DNA from: Eledone cirrhosa
Taxonomy: Eukaryota
Assembly: GCA_964016885.1 (NCBI GenBank)
Contig: OZ024745.1
Coordinates: 27,962,001-28,026,000 of the forward strand
Direction of reading: 5' to 3'
Length of the DNA stretch: 64,000 nt
Part shown: in pieces, positions 15,365-31,433 of the stretch
Layout of the letters: each line of letters opens with the position of its first letter
Numbering within the stretch: the stretch's first letter is position 1
Program-made: the position numbers and the translations under genes
Notes under the pieces: generated by a model
Told to the model about the DNA's origin: nothing
Seen by the model: only the letters and a program-made list of their open reading frames with translations
Databases searched by the model: none

Positions 15365-17901
15365 TAAAAGATATATATAGTAATAATAAATTTGAAGACT
15401 AATCTGTTATTTTAATAAATATATATATATATAACACTTAAACAGAAAGTAATAATCAATATCGAACTACTAATATATATCAGCAGTGAAAATTAACAAA
15501 TTATTGATACATGGCAATTGATAAAGATGATAGGTTTCAGGATCATCACTAATCGTAACGTTGCTTGTCAGAATTTAGAATATCGAATAGAGTAGATGAA
15601 TGAAATACACATAAAGCTAAGATGATCTCAGACACATTATGTATATAAAGTAATGAAGCTTTTGGCTATCAGAAGAACTATGAATAATATTGCTATGTCT
15701 CATGATAAGATAATCTGATAAACTGATGTTAGTTTCTGCTTATACCATTTGATAGATTTTCTGATTGAATAGCACTCCCACATAAAACTACTTACTGATA
15801 TTATATTGATTAAAAGATCAGTAATTTGGATCTAATATATTTACTATGAATACGTATCACTCACCAATAATTGCATTCGTGTCAAATAGTAATTTTAATC
15901 AAATAACATTTGACATGAATATTTTAATATTTCTGGCTGTATATAATAATTTGTCTATAGTACATGAAATTCTGCTCACGAAAATATGACAATATATATG
16001 TATATATTGTTTAATTAACAGAGATTTAAATCGACATATTATCATATATGTCAATATATTTAAACACCTTTGTCCATTTACTGTAGCCAAAGATGCGTTC
16101 ACATCAGCATGTCAAATGAAACATAAACGTGTGAATCCAAATGTTATTCTATAAATGCATTTTTATGTAAATGCATTTATGAATACCTACAGACATAAAA
16201 TACATACAAACTTACACTGCTATACAAAATGTAAATATGTGTTTCCTCTGAAATTGATTGTATAATACTTAAAACATAGAATCTTGGACATTTTTGCTTT
16301 TCTTAAAAGTTGGGGGTTTGTTTATGTTTTTACGAAGACCTTTGATCACGTGTTATATATATTCTTTCAAAATTGTGATTTGATCGTTTTTAAGTTGTTT
16401 TTGTAAATGATATTGAATTTACCTTCCTGTGAAATATGTATTGTATTTTAAATATATTTCAAGTAGTTCCATTAACAAGAGAAATTTGAAACTTAGAATG
16501 TTCTATCACTGGTCATTTCTATTTGATAATTAATTCCATAAAGTTCCGGACGTAAGAATGACTTTGCAGATAAGGGAAACCCATATAAAGCTAAAAGCTT
16601 ATCTTACAAATCTGGTATAAACTCATTTTGTAAAGTAATTAATCTAAATTTAAGTGACATTTTGATATTAGCATAAAACAAGAAATATCTTGAACAAAAC
16701 ATGAAGTAGAATCTTTAAAATTATTACAAATTTAAGTTTTAAAATTACAATATATCGTGCTCACAATTCAATTCCAGTATCGCGTAGAAAACACGAAAGT
16801 TACAGGAAATTAGAAATGATTCGTTTATCATGAACAAGTTTATTGTGAACACGTTCCTATTTAAATTTCAAGACAAACAAATCTATTTAATGAAAAATAT
16901 AATTTATTTGCAATAATCAGTAAAAATATTGATAATTGACATCTACAGTCTAAAATAACTTTACACTATCTACATTGAAATGTTATTTCTATTGAAGCTA
17001 ATAACTTTTATCTGCTACTCTATTTTGACCGGTATGCCATCAAGTGCAAATTTTCTTTTCCAATTTAGTTACTTTAAAATGTTTATCCACTATACAGTAG
17101 AATACGTGTTTACAAAAATAAACTTTGTTGATTTATATTTTATATACATTTCATATTATCTTATATTATGGCTTTTGACTAAAAGTTTAGCAAAATTATT
17201 TTTTTATTCGTTAGAATGCTTCTTTTGGCAGAAATCATTTTATATTTGAATACTGAAAGATAAAATTATGAATTTTAAACAAAAAAAAATACGTTCTCTG
17301 TTTGGCACTTTTGAGGATCATAGATGACAGCTAAACAGTAAATCTAGACACATCACGAATGTAGTCACCTTGTTGATAAAATAGTTGAGTTTTAATTATA
17401 AAGCACTTACAGTAGATTATATATTTTGTGTTAAATTGTGTATGGTGCTAAACGTATAATGTAAAACTATTTTTGTGCTTTTGTTGGAATTTCAAATTAA
17501 ACGATGTTTTCTTTTAACAATTAAAATTAAAAGCATTTCTCATGAGCTTTTCGCCACACTTTGGTGGATATTACATATCATGTGTTAATTCTGAAGCTGT
17601 TAACATAATGTGCTTCATTGCTGCATTATATTTATTAAAAGAAAAAATTTAATTTTCAGAAAAATATCTAAGACGAGAATTTTTTCCTCAATAGCTGCAT
17701 TTCATTAAAGAAAACAAGTCATTAGTTTATCTATTTGAAATATAATCCCGACACAAATGAATATGGGATAATACTGCATGTCAACATATTTTGTACTGTA
17801 TGACTTCTATGTACGTATCGATCTATCCATACATACAGGCATATATACATGTATACATATATACATACAAGTATATATATATATTCATACATATATATAT
17901 G

Positions 17902-17937
<36 letters not shown>

Positions 17938-17959
17938 GAGGTGTGTGTGTGTGTGTATG

Positions 17960-18022
<63 letters not shown>

Positions 18023-18023
18023 G

Positions 18024-18086
<63 letters not shown>

Positions 18087-18179
18087 CTACATCATGTATT
18101 GAGTATTTTACATTAGTTTGTAAGGAAGTAGTGTATATGCGCTCCTAGCCAATAGAATTATATATACGAATGGAGAGAA

Positions 18180-20240
18180 CAAAGAATTGTAGGAGTATCT
18201 TCTACTTTACCTCATGAAAAACATATAAATATCCTCCCAAGAGTTCTATATAGAACGCATGTCGTCAAAACGGAAAGCTTAATTAAATACATAGGTTGAA
18301 TAGATACTACTAAAGCCTTAGCTGAAAGTACAGATTTATAATACGAAAATGTTCTCCTACAATTAAGGAACTTGACGTCTTTGAATCCGGTCTAATCCAT
18401 TTGGTGAAAAGAGTAAAATTTCAACACCACACCAAATCTTTTGAAAGGAACCTGAGCAATTATATGAAGCATTTCAAATAATACTGCAATGTCCACATAC
18501 TTGCCGCTAAAATAAAAACCTCTATATGGACAAAACCACACAAGATAATCTAGACATCTTATATGCGCAAACCATACAAGAATCCTCATTTTATTTATAA
18601 TGACGGGAAACAGAAACAAAAGAATTAAACGTCGAGATCCTCAGCACGCAAAACTTCTATATCACCCATAACAATCCCGAGAATAATTTCCTCCAGTCTA
18701 AATATAGGTCTATTAACCAATCCAAAAGAGAATATGGGGTTAACACTGAGGAACATTAGCGCAATTGTCAAATTGTCATCAAGTGATTTCATAGTATTTA
18801 AAGAAACCATTCTGCAGACTTACTTATAATGGACTTTTATCCATTTATATTCAATCATATTTTTCTGAAATTCCGGAAATTCAACAGAACATTTACTGCC
18901 ATAAGCAAACTCTATACCGGATTAATAATTGTTTCTAGTATTAGCACAAAACCAGCATTTTGGTGAAAGAGGAAAATCGAATATATCGACCACAATACTC
19001 ATCTGATGCTCTATTTTATCACTCCCGAAAGGTGAAGCACAAAGTTGGACTCGATGGGATTTGAACTCAGAACTTAGAGAGTCATAACAAAATACTGCAA
19101 AGTATTTTGTCTGACGATCTACTAATACTGTCAGTCCACCACCTGTATCCAGAATAATAATGATTTCTAAAATATCGTTCTTATGCTATGGCGACTCCTA
19201 TTGGATCAAAGAGAGGATGATATTTCCATCGGGATCTCTATGTGTATGTATGATCTCTTAAAAATGTTGAACCGAGGTACTCTCACAATGTAAGACACCA
19301 TAGTTTTGGATGGTATAGATATACCAATTTAGAAACTACATGAGGAATTTGAAAGAATCTGACAGTAATATTCAATGAATTCAATTTAATGATTACCTTA
19401 ACCACAGGCTTCACAGTAACGAACTATTTAGACATTAAACTAGATTCAAGAAAAACAATTCTTCTGGGGAATACCGAATGAAGAAGTCATATACATACAC
19501 AAATGTTCCAATCACTGTCTAGCCATTTTGTAGATTACATAAATGGAAGAGTTTCCGATATTTTTAAAGAGCCGTGCCCTATTACAATGTCACATTAACA
19601 GATATGAGATAGCAGGAAATAGGATGCAAGTAACACTATTGACACAAAAAGCTACGTAACCAGAAAGAGGAACACAATATGGTTTAATCCTTATTTTCAA
19701 GTGAGTGTAGCTCCAAATATAACCAGAAACGTGTTATTCTCAGTGACACTAAAATTTTCACCGATGCATAAAGAAACAAATTCTTTAAAAACAATAACGT
19801 TGAGGTCAGTATAATTGCCTGCATAAAATTGCTTCCGAGATCACGCACCACAAACTAAGACACTTACACAGATAGCTCCCAACCTAAGTATAACTGCAGA
19901 AATCTTCACGCTTACTGATTTCTGCATCTCCAAGAAGAGCTTTTGACGGCAGCGAGAGATATTACACTGGACTCACTTCAAACAACTTAAAGATCTCGAT
20001 TAATTCAGTTTTTACAATAGTTCTGATAAAAGAAAACAGTGTAAACTCCTATTTTCCACAATAAAGTGGAGCTTCATAGACATATTTCTAACAATAGAGC
20101 ACAAAAGTGTGACCTATACATATCGAGTCAGTCCAGATACAGAAACGGCTAGCGTTGTCGCTGAAGATAGTGTCGAATGTAATGTCTAACTCTCGACACT
20201 AGAAAACATTCTTCTGGGAAACCTTCAGACGTTAGAGGTG
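18180..20240 (+). pseudogene. Heavily decayed near-full-length Penelope-like element (Naiad-like RT plus C-terminal GIY-YIG), interrupted by a SINE at ~18930-19165
   Basis: Collinear remnants: DFYP (18832), YWIK (19199), NYLDIKLD (19422), YIHKCSNH (19492), RKRNTIWFNP (19662), NCR, KCDL; many stops and frameshifts. Confidence 0.7.
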
Positions 20241-20732
20241 TATGTGGTACCTACATTAACATCGGGGTTGATAGACCACATCACATCCTAGTTATCTCTA
20301 CTACACAACCCTGTCTATCCCCAGCAACAGCAAATTTGTCCATAAGACTATAATAGAAACTTCCACCTGAAACTCATCCAAATCTTTCCATATCACTGGT
20401 GCCTCAACGAGCCTATGTGGCACGAAATTCTGAATAGCAACAAAGTGAATCATCAATGGATTCCTACTACGCACTCACACACACCCGCACACACATACAC
20501 ACACATATGCACATACATATTTTTCAGTTTATAAATGACATAGGAATATAGTACTCAATTTGTGGTGTAGAATATATACATACATTTATTTTAACTGTTT
20601 GTTGGTTATTATTTGTGCGTTAAAGTCAAGAAATGACCAGCATTCTCAATTTGTCTCCCTCTTCTCTCTCCATCCCTCTCTCACACTCTCTCTCTCCCTC
20701 CTTCTCTATCCCTCTCTCTCTCTATATATATA

Positions 20733-20767
<35 letters not shown>

Positions 20768-20816
20768 GCGTATATTTACGTGTTTGTGTATGTATGTAGG
20801 AAGGTAGTTAGTTATA

Positions 20817-20879
<63 letters not shown>

Positions 20880-20980
20880 ATCATGTCCTAATAGTCTAAA
20901 ATAAATCTTCAAGTAGAATTAATAAAATATGGGACAGTATTTTATTTACTGATTTATTGACTGCTATATATATATACACA

Positions 20981-21034
<54 letters not shown>

Positions 21035-21777
21035 TAGCTATATTTTCTTTCGTCGTTGCTTATTTCGTAGTAGGAGTATATAGCGAATAATAATTGGTAC
21101 GTCTCCGATATTTACATTAAAGTGTATTCTATATGTTATAATCTTTAACTGAGAACGTTAAGATGGAACTATTAAGGCAGGTTTCCCACATTAGCAGAAA
21201 TTCAATTAAATAGAAATATACTCTTCATTAGGACGAAAAAGTCATAGTATATTTAGTTGTATATTACAGTGTAGTTTTTGAACGTCTTAGTGCTTGTAAG
21301 CATAACATTCGTTTTATTTTTACTTTTATACATAGTTCTGCGAAGGAAAAAAATCATGAAAACAATTGCAATTGTAAAATAAATGTGTGAATGTGATTAC
21401 GATTTGAATCAATAATTAAATTTTTGTACAGTTTTCTTCGTCTTTATACAAAACATTTGATCAATATCAGTTTCGACTGCTTTTAGAGTACATATCATTT
21501 GGTTGACATTTTCAGAAGTAATGAAAATAACTCCACACACAGAAATCTGGTAGGAAATTCAAGATATTAATTAGATGCTTTGTAAATAATTTGTATCTAA
21601 ATATATGACAGTGAAAATGTATTTTATTAAATATGTTAACTGGAAAATAATGTAGCAACATTTAAATTTTATACGTTTATTTTACGGCCAAATAAAATGT
21701 CGTGCAAACCTTGTACTGGAATTATTTCATTGGTGTATACGAACAGGCAACGTTCTGAGGAAAGTGTTTTCAGATCT

Positions 21778-22271
21778 TCTGAGAATTGGTGGATTTTTCT
21801 TAATGACGAGTTTTATCTAATGAGAGTATTAATCTGGAAGAATAATTTTGGTGTAAATATTCCAGAATCATGCTACTCTGGATATATAAGGTTAAGTAGT
21901 TCCCGAAATTTACCAAGTTCAAAGTTGAAGAATGCGGATGAATAAAGTTATACCCATTTGGCAAATAGAATTTTTTTTTTCAGGATATGAATTCGTCACT
22001 GAGTGTGTAGCAAGTCTTGTCCAAACATCTGAGAATTTGGTGGATTTTTTAATGAGGAATTGTAACTAATGAGATGATCAATTTGGAAGAACAATTTTAA
22101 TGAAAATATTCCAGAGTCATGCTACTCTGGGTATAGATATGTTAAGTCCGAAATTGAACAACTTCAGAGTTGGAGAAAGTGGGTGAATAAAGTTTTTCCC
22201 ATTTGGCCAATAGTATTTTCCTTTTCAGAATATGAATTCTTCACTGAGTGCGCAGCAAGTCCTATTCAAAT
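21778..22271. repeat. Diverged tandem duplication, ~250-bp unit x2
   Basis: tctgagaatt..ggtggatttt at 21778 and 22028; tcatgctactctgg and cactgagtg in both units. Confidence 0.85.
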
Positions 22272-22461
22272 GATAGAAAAGGGTGATTAGTTAAAAAGAG
22301 CGAGCAGGCTTGCTGGTGACAAGGTCAACATATTTGCATACAGCGAATATTCAAGAGTTCACTCATATAACAACTATAAGTAATTTTCCCTTACGGATCT
22401 AGCTTGGCTATATTCGAGAGAAAAACTATATTATTTTTATTAGTAGTAGTATTATTTATCC

Positions 22462-22483
22462 TTGTTGTTGTTGTTGCTACTGT

Positions 22484-22521
<38 letters not shown>

Positions 22522-22554
22522 CTGCTACTGTTGTTGCTGCTGCTGCTGTTGCTG
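22462..22554. repeat. (GTT/GCT)n trinucleotide repeat
   Basis: Direct reading. Confidence 0.9.
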
Positions 22555-24439
22555 AAATGAACGCCTTTTGTGAAAACTTTTGTCTAAAACAACCACGTTC
22601 CTAGAAATTCGATCGGTTTTCCTTTATCTTGATCTCTTAAGGGCAACATTTATGGTTGTTGTTTTAATACTCCCCTTAATTTTGAAAGAACCATGGAGGA
22701 AAAATAACTTTTATCCGCAGAGAAAAACCAATTTTCAAATTAATGTTCAGCTCAAAGTTCAAACACCTCAAATACAACAACAGCAACAACAATTACAAAC
22801 CATGTGAAGCAAGAGAAACATACAACAGCTTTTTCTATCTTTCAAAATTGCTGACGCTGCCGCCAATCACAACAATACAACAAGAAATATAACAAATCAA
22901 TAACAAAAATAACAGTGACACGACAATAACAACACATTTGCATCAACAGATACAAAAGTAGTAGAACGTTTGGAAATTTGTATATCGGATAAAGTCATAT
23001 GTTTGGCACAAGCGACCAATTAATAAAAATGGAAAGAACATTAAGCGATGTAGCCGGTTAATGCCAAAAAAGTGTCCGTCTATCGAGGTGTCTCCACAAA
23101 GACAAGACAACCAGAAAAACTACCCAACGCGCACGTTCAAAGAGTCTTAATGGTATCTTTCAAAAGCGAAGCCCTCGCAATTAAACATTCTATGGTTCCC
23201 TGTTACAGTGACGAATCATTTTGTCCCTTCGTATTTAGAGAGAAGAACAATAAAGATCTGGGTTCCAGACATCCCGTTGGAGTTGGATATCTGGTAGATT
23301 CTGGCTTGTATTCTTTTACTCTTTTACCTGTTCCAGCCATCTGGCTGAGGCCATGCTGGTACGACGTAACACCCACCTAGAAGTAAAGAGAAAACGACAG
23401 GAGAACAGGTCTGGAATCAGTTTGGAGGTGTTTATGTACATTAAACCAGAAAATCCCAGATCTCATTCGCCTGCCAAATTGCATCGAGCTGCATATCAAC
23501 AAGATCTGAGAGATAACTTCTAATCCAAGAAAAAAGTTCCGTGGAGTCTATAATTAGGCATGCCGAAAGACTTACCATTGTCAAAAACATCAATATTACT
23601 TTAGCCGATATGTGACAGATTGATGGGTCATAATGTAAAGAAGCGTTTCTTTCCCGAAAGATCTAGATCTATTGATACCGTCCTGGTTATCACTGACAAA
23701 GAAAAGAAACTCAATGTTATAATGAAGTGACTTTTTACAACTATTTCTATTACTTTTAACTGGGAAAGAGAGCGATAGAATAGTTACTGAATATTGTACC
23801 GAATCTCTAGCCTGACCAACATTTTCGACTTGTATCTCTTTTTGCGTGAATGACCCGAGACAGAGATATTTATCCAGAAACTCCATCCTTTAACTCTCTG
23901 GCAACCACCTATATGTTAGTGCCACATTTAAGATATTCCTAGTAATAGAAGCAACCATAAATAACCGTTTTTAATATGTTGTGTATATAGTTGTCGAGAG
24001 ATAAATTTGTGATTGGGAAAGTTTGAAGAACACGAAAAAATGTGTGTTTGTAAATGTTGAATAAGTGTCAGTAATACCAGAAACCGATAGGCGTAGAACC
24101 AATTTTCTTTCCATTTTAATCAACTAAAAATGATTTCCTTCAAATGAGCTACAAATTAGTAGAGGTAGATATTAGTCAGATGAATTATAAGACTAGTGCT
24201 ATCGATCTCGAAAAGATGACAGGCACTGATATTTGAACTCATAATGTAAAGAGAGATGAAGCTAAGTATTCCAAAGCAAGCATTTATTTCGTTCTTCAGT
24301 ATAGGTTCTTCTGTAGGATCGATATAATTTGTAACAATCATGCCCCAAGACTAGAAAAAGAGCTTCAATTAGATTAGCAATTAATAAACGTCTTTTTATT
24401 GCTTTGTAAACGACAGGACAAAAAGGCCTTGTTATTAAT

Positions 24440-24650
24440 AATGATTTCTATTTTAGGCACAAGGCCAGTAATTTTGAGGGAGGGGAATCGATTAAATCGA
24501 CCCCAGTACTGAACTGGTACTTTATTTTATCGACCCTGAAATAATGAAAGGTAAAGCTGACTTAGGCAATGTTTGAACACAGAACGTAGAGTAGGAACAA
24601 ATGTCTGCGCAAAGCATTTTCACCGACGCTCTAACGATTCTACCAATCCA
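24440..24650 (-). mobile_element. Major tRNA-derived SINE
   Basis: ggcacaaggccag..ctggtactttattttatcgaccc..tttgaac..ctctaacgattc. Confidence 0.8.
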
Positions 24651-25505
24651 TCTGTTTGAAACCTTACGTATTTCCTCTTTTTATGGAACACCACAGACCT
24701 TTATCTTCTCTTACTTATCAAATTTTATCATGCTGTCGTTGTTTATTGCGATTTACTATGGTTACTTTGATACCTTCCTAGACCTAAGTCGATTGGGTTG
24801 GCGAGAAGTGAGAGAATGGTCGAACCACATGACGAAAACTGACAAATACACTGTAAAAAGCGGGAGATACAATACGAATCCTCAACTCTTTCTTTGTTCA
24901 CTGTTCTGAAACCATATCGAATCACCAGCTAAAAAAAATGAAAGAAATTAACAGGAAACGGAAAGAAAAAAAGAGAGAAAAAATTGTAATTGGAAAGTGA
25001 AAGACAGTCATAAAGAGAAGGGAAGAAAGAATGAAGTGAAATAACCTAGTTAATAGTTATAGAAGATTGTTGCATCAGAGAGTGAAGGTTACAAGGAAAG
25101 AAAAAATATCTGGGCAAATATTCGTTATTTATATATACTTTTTTGTAATTTAGAGTGTATAGTGAAACCGACTTAATGACTTCAATATAATTACAGAATT
25201 TAATTAAATAAAAAGAGAAAAATAATGTCTGGTGACGGTATTGATTACTGAAGCCTAAAACCTTATTAAAGACACGAGCTTACATATGTTAAAATGAAAT
25301 GACACTGAAATCTTTTCGCATTGCACTATATAAATTAGCGGAAAATCTCTTGGCCAGTATTGAATGTGTCTATAGGAATATAGAGGGACGGCATGTTGGC
25401 AGAGTCATTAGAACGGCGGTATACAATCCGGAGCTAAATTACCGCCGAGGTCAACTTTGTTTTTTATCCTTTCGTGGTTGATAAAAAATACCCAGTCTAG
25501 AGTGG

Positions 25506-25566
<61 letters not shown>

Positions 25567-25636
25567 TCTTCCTGTCTTCCTCCGGTTGCAACGTGTTTTG
25601 AAATATCCACTTCTGCGTTTACAGATTGACTTTGTT

Positions 25637-25687
25637 AGTTTCAGAAGATCCCGTTAAGGGTGAAAGCAGCGATTCTTTGCTAAAACT
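25637..25687 (+). ncRNA. Hammerhead-like motif with CAGAAGA core variant
   Basis: agttt-CAGAAGA-tccc gttaa gggt-GAAA-gca..tgc-TA-aaact; second copy on minus strand at 38990-39040. Confidence 0.55.
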
Positions 25688-25703
25688 TTAATCTGTTATT
25701 TTA

Positions 25704-25761
<58 letters not shown>

Positions 25762-26244
25762 CTCTATTTCTCACCCCCCCCCCTCTCTCTCTCTCTGAAA
25801 GAAATCTGCTGAGTTCAGACAGGGAGAGGGAGTGGGGTCCACCAGGTTTAAAATACCCAAGAAACGCCGTACACCACTACGTCCCCCACTCCACACACAC
25901 GCAGAGAAATAATAAGTGAATTATATTATCTAAAATCAAACAATTTTCTATTGTTAGTTTGTTGGACAGAATAAATTAGAGGAAGTGGTGGTATAGTGTG
26001 CAAAATAGTTTACTGAAGTTATGTCTCAACGTCTTGAAGTCAAACCCGACTGAGATCAACATTTTTTTTTAAATCCCTCTGTGGTTGATCGATTAAAGTA
26101 CCAACGAAGTACTGATGTTGGTTCATGTTCTATTTCCTGTTCATAAATGTATGGCATTGTGCTGTTATAATCCTCCTTCCTTTAAAAATGTCTTCATTTT
26201 GGGGGGGTTTGTTTTCATGCCCATTGTGGGATTCTCTGTGTAGT

Positions 26245-26514
<270 letters not shown>

Positions 26515-29500
26515 AATAGTTGTTTATTTTCATCAAAAAGGATTTGGTTCTGCAAATGTAATACTCACATCAACTAAGTTCCTAGCGACTTTTGGTGACA
26601 TTTAAGAACATTTTCCGCTTTAAAATGAAAAGCCCGTCTTACCGGAGCATTAATAGGCAAATATGTCTGACTTTTTCTACCATGTGCTGTTGTGTAAACA
26701 CGAAGAATGTGTCCTCTGGCAGATATTTTAAATCCCTCAAAATAAAATAAGGCCAGATAGCTGACTGGTAAAGACGATTCTCCTTTCTCTACTCATTCTA
26801 AAACAGTTCTACTCCACTGGATTAGCAAGAGGCACGGTACCTCCACCAAAACCGACATATGTCATCTTCCCAACATTTTATTTTATACAACTCAATATTA
26901 CTCTTCCAATATTACTCTCCAAAACTACTCCTCTCTAAATTTCACCACTCGCCAATGTTTTTTATTTATTTATTTATTTTTTTGTTATGTGTATCAATCT
27001 ACCGATACAGAAATTAAAGCCGAATACTAACTACATCGATCTCACCATGGTCTACAGGTGTGTTGTGGGTTATATGATATCCTTCTCTGCTTGACTAACT
27101 AATAAAACATTCGATCAGCTTACAGCTTGTCTCTCCATTTAATATGTATGTTTTTCCTTTGTTATTTTCTATATATCTCTCTATCATTTTTTAAATACTC
27201 TATGTGTTATATATAACATGCTTTATTAGAAGGTGGCGAATCGGTAAAGTTTCTAGCACGTCGGCTTAAATGCTATAATATTTGAACCGACTGTATGCAC
27301 GCTGTGCTCAAATCTCACCGAGGTCAACTTTGTCTTTCATCTCTTTCAGTGACGATAAATAGGAGGATGGTAGATGATGAAAATGTTAATGAGACGGAAG
27401 GTTTTACAGTATCTGTTTCATCATCACGCTCCCATATTGTCTACGTTTAACTTCCTCTGCTAGTTTCAACAACAATATATAAGTGGAACAATGTAAATAA
27501 AAAAGACAAGGTTTACGATCGCTTCGAAGGGTGAAATAAGCCATGACATTATCGATATATTGGCTATTCAATAGCGGTTGTGTAATGCTACGTCCATCTC
27601 CCCGTTTATCCTCAGAAACAATGATTCATGAGATTGTATTAAAAAGGTATAAATAGTAGATTTTAAAAGAACATTAGGAAGATACCCAAATAAGGAAAAA
27701 AGAGCTAAAAAGATAATGAGTGAATGAAATACACATATAGCTTTACACCCACACATATAGGTTTACACCCATACATTCATACACTCATTTTCGGTCAGAA
27801 ATCAGATATAGTAGCTATCTGATTGTTCCAAGTAAGTTAAGTTCACTACTGGGAAATTAGGTCATCCATGCAGTAGAATGCCCACATCAAATACCAGGCA
27901 AATATACGTACACTTATACATACAGGAAGATAAATATAAATAAATATATCAGAGATACAAAGGAATATAATAGAGATCTGAGAGACATGAAGCATACTGG
28001 CACACATCAAATAAATATTGGTCTGATTACAGTTTGATGTAGAACAGGTTATCCGTAGAGTTTCTAGTAAAGAGTAAAAATCATTGCAATGTGATATTCC
28101 GAATGCCGCTCTGATGTGTGGTCCACATATACAGGCCAGTGAGTGCAACTTATAAGTGTCACAGATTCTTTTAGGAGTCACCATCAAAATTATACGTGGG
28201 ATTATCAGTGGTGGTTCTTCTATATCTCTTTCTCAAACCTGGAGAGGAGATGGGATCTAGCAGGTTTGAAATGTCCAAGAAACGCCGTATTTCATTTCGG
28301 CTCCCCTATGACCCCATTAAGTGTTACAGGTCCATACATACATCAGTGATGGGTTGTTTCTCTGAAGGTGCTGAGTTTTTGCGGTGTAAACATTAGAACT
28401 CATTTCGTGAGGAAAACTTCATTTCTGCGTTGTAGGCAAGAGTTTTTTTCATTACGATGCAATGCTAAAAAAGGTGACACAGAACTCCTTTTATTAAGCG
28501 AAGTAGACCTGTTGATAAAAGGTTAAAATCGATCAGGTACAGCACGAAGCATGTGAAAACAAATGTTCTATAGCAACTTAAAATGCGTCGATAGACTTAC
28601 ATACAGCTAGATGGCACTATTTTTAGCAGTAGGCCTCAAAAATTTCTGAAACAAATTACAGCAACATTAATCGTAAGAATGAACATCTCATTGGCATTTT
28701 TAACCGGGACTATTTCTTGCCTACAAAATGTCTACTCCGCCAATAATAGCAAATGCTTCAACGATAGCAAAAAGGAAATTCATCTTAAAGCAAATATTTG
28801 ATATCAAGCGTCCTAGAGTTGAACGATTAAAATAGCTGTCAGATGACAACATATGTTACGCTGCTGTTTTGTTTGATATCGTTTGATAAACTAATCTATT
28901 TTTCGCCGATTAAAGATTCATTTATAGTAAGTACATCATTATAAAATAAGTACATCATTATAAAATAAATAGGGTGAGATTCGACAATAATAACTACAGA
29001 ACTTTTTCACTATTCACAATCTTGTTTTGTATCATTGATCGAATCAATTCTTAGTACATAAAGACATATTGAATTGGAAACGGTCAGATCTAGGAAAAGG
29101 CCAGGAAACATAAGACATTTATAGAATCCTTATTGATTAGTCTAAATCCATTTATTTGCCTAATAGACAGCGCATTCAGAGCTGAGAATTCTGGGGGTTT
29201 TGAAATTATTTGTGTCTTTAATTCATGTGATGAGCTGGCTGATGCATTTTCTTCATTCTAAAATTACACTAATTAAGGTTATCCAGTTCCCTTTCAATTG
29301 CTTCGACAACGGAATTGAAATGCATTTCTGGTTTAGCCATGGTCTGTTTAACATTTGTAGATTTATAAGTTGAAAAACAGTAAAACAAATGATTACTTAT
29401 TCACAGTACATATTGACTTTTCCCTTCAGTTCGGATTTTCAGACACTCGGTATAGCATTGATCGTATTGTTTTCACATCTAAATATCTTTGTCGCCATTG

Positions 29501-30357
29501 TTAGTATTCAAAAGCCAACAGTTAATGGAATATCAATTATCCTGGCATCGTGAAAAAGACCTTCTCCTACTTCTGTTATTTCATGAAGATACAGTATCAT
29601 CCTTCACACGTAAATGGCATATAAAGCTAAAGGTGAGTTTGTGTTAACGTATTTGGGTAGATATAATAAATCAGTGAGGAAAAACAAATGTTAACCAATG
29701 AATAATATCATGTTGTAATACACTCAGTAAAACTTTACTTTGTTTTCTTTTATTTGTCATCATTTGCCCTTTATATATTTCTACCGCATTGTACTGGCTT
29801 TTAGGAAATTATCAGCCTTTTATTACATATCTCACAATGCTTCGTATTAACTATACTACATTATTTCAATTATTTTGGCAACAATAGAAAACAATTCTGG
29901 ACAAGCTCCAGTCTCATTTTTAACTTCATCAGTCTGTTGTCCGCAGCCTAGTCATCATTCAATGTTAAAAACCAATCTAGGTTTTTTTACATAAAAGTTC
30001 CCGTCACCTTGCATAAATGTTCTATATTTCATAGATGAATGAGATTATAAATTGGTATTTCCTTACCTTAATTGTAACTGGATGAAATATTCCTTAGCAA
30101 ATCATATCCTATATAAGGGCCCCATGTAGTGAGTTTGGGCAAGTCTAGAGTCATCTGACAATTGATGACAGTGCTCACATTACATCTGACTAGCAGATCC
30201 CTGCGACTCTCCAGTGGAAAGGGTTATAAAGATACAAGTACTTCGCAACGTACCAGTAATTCATCTCACTGGTGATTCGGTGATTTGGCATGAAAAAGGA
30301 GAATATCACATATGACAAAAGAATGCCGTTTCTGTAGTATTCTCGATATATTTAAAC

Positions 30358-30870
30358 CAGGGATCTCAAACTTAAGGACTCCAAACGGCCATTACCTCCT
30401 GGTGAGAGGCACAGCTAGTCAAATGTGAGATGAGCGGGTAACGAGATTTCCAGCACTTATAAAGCTAATCTGCAATACAGCTGATAGACTGCTATTTTTT
30501 TTATCTAAATGAATATGCATTTGATAGTAAATGGGACATGTGAATTAGTACAACATGTAGGGGAACAATTTTCCGTTTTAAATTTTCCTTAATTCAGTTT
30601 TTTACTTTGGATAAATTCCCTTTTTTCGATTTTCACTTTTGATAACTTCCCTTTTTTCAATTTTCACTTTTGATAAATTCTGGGGTTTTTTTTCTCTTAT
30701 TGTATTTCATAGATAAATAACAATTTGTTGCACCGAAAGATATTAAAACAGGGACAAATTACAGAATATTAAGAAAAAAACATTAGTCGGGAAATGTGTT
30801 CTGCCGTGAGCCATAGAAAAGTAGTTTGCGGGCCACATACGGCCCCCAGGCTGCGAATTTGATACACCTG
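30358..30870. mobile_element. Non-autonomous hAT (Charlie-like) DNA transposon
   Basis: Imperfect TIRs cagggatctcaaact / aatttgatacacctg, subterminal gcgggccacatacggccc, 8-bp TSD atttaaac / attgaaac (1 mismatch). Confidence 0.7.
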
Positions 30871-31433
30871 ATTGAAACCTAACTTCACAGTTCCATATTC
30901 TAGAGGTCTTGAAACATCACTTCAAGCCATAACTAACTAACTCCAACCGCCATTCACAATTGAGTATGACTTGGTAGTATATGTCATGCTTTCACTAAGT
31001 GTTTTAGGTGCCCATGTAATCCAAGCAGACACGAGCAAACTCTGAACCACTACCCTCTTTCCTTGATCCAGCGGAACATCCAGAATGTGGCAGCTTGAAG
31101 GAGAGATGGCTGCACCAGTACTGGACTGGTACTTTCTTTATTATATATAATATATCATAAACATTATATATACATTATAACATTATAGGAATAAAACGAT
31201 ATATATGCAGAACAGGTCGGATCTAGAGAAGTAAGCTTCGATAAAAATCATGCTTGTCTCATAGTAAGCAGTAGTTAATGCAGCAATCATCAGTTCAATT
31301 AGATGACCTCGGCGTCGTGCATACCGACAATGGGTTGGTACAACTGCCCTAGTTAACGCAGAAATCTACGAGTATGCAGGTGTGGCAAGCTGCATATATA
31401 CTAGCCATTAGAAAGAAGAAGAATATTAATAAT

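Noticed and set aside
22404-22604. Poly-Ala/Val membrane peptide ORF
   Set aside because: Product of a (GCT/GTT)n repeat without splice or homology support.
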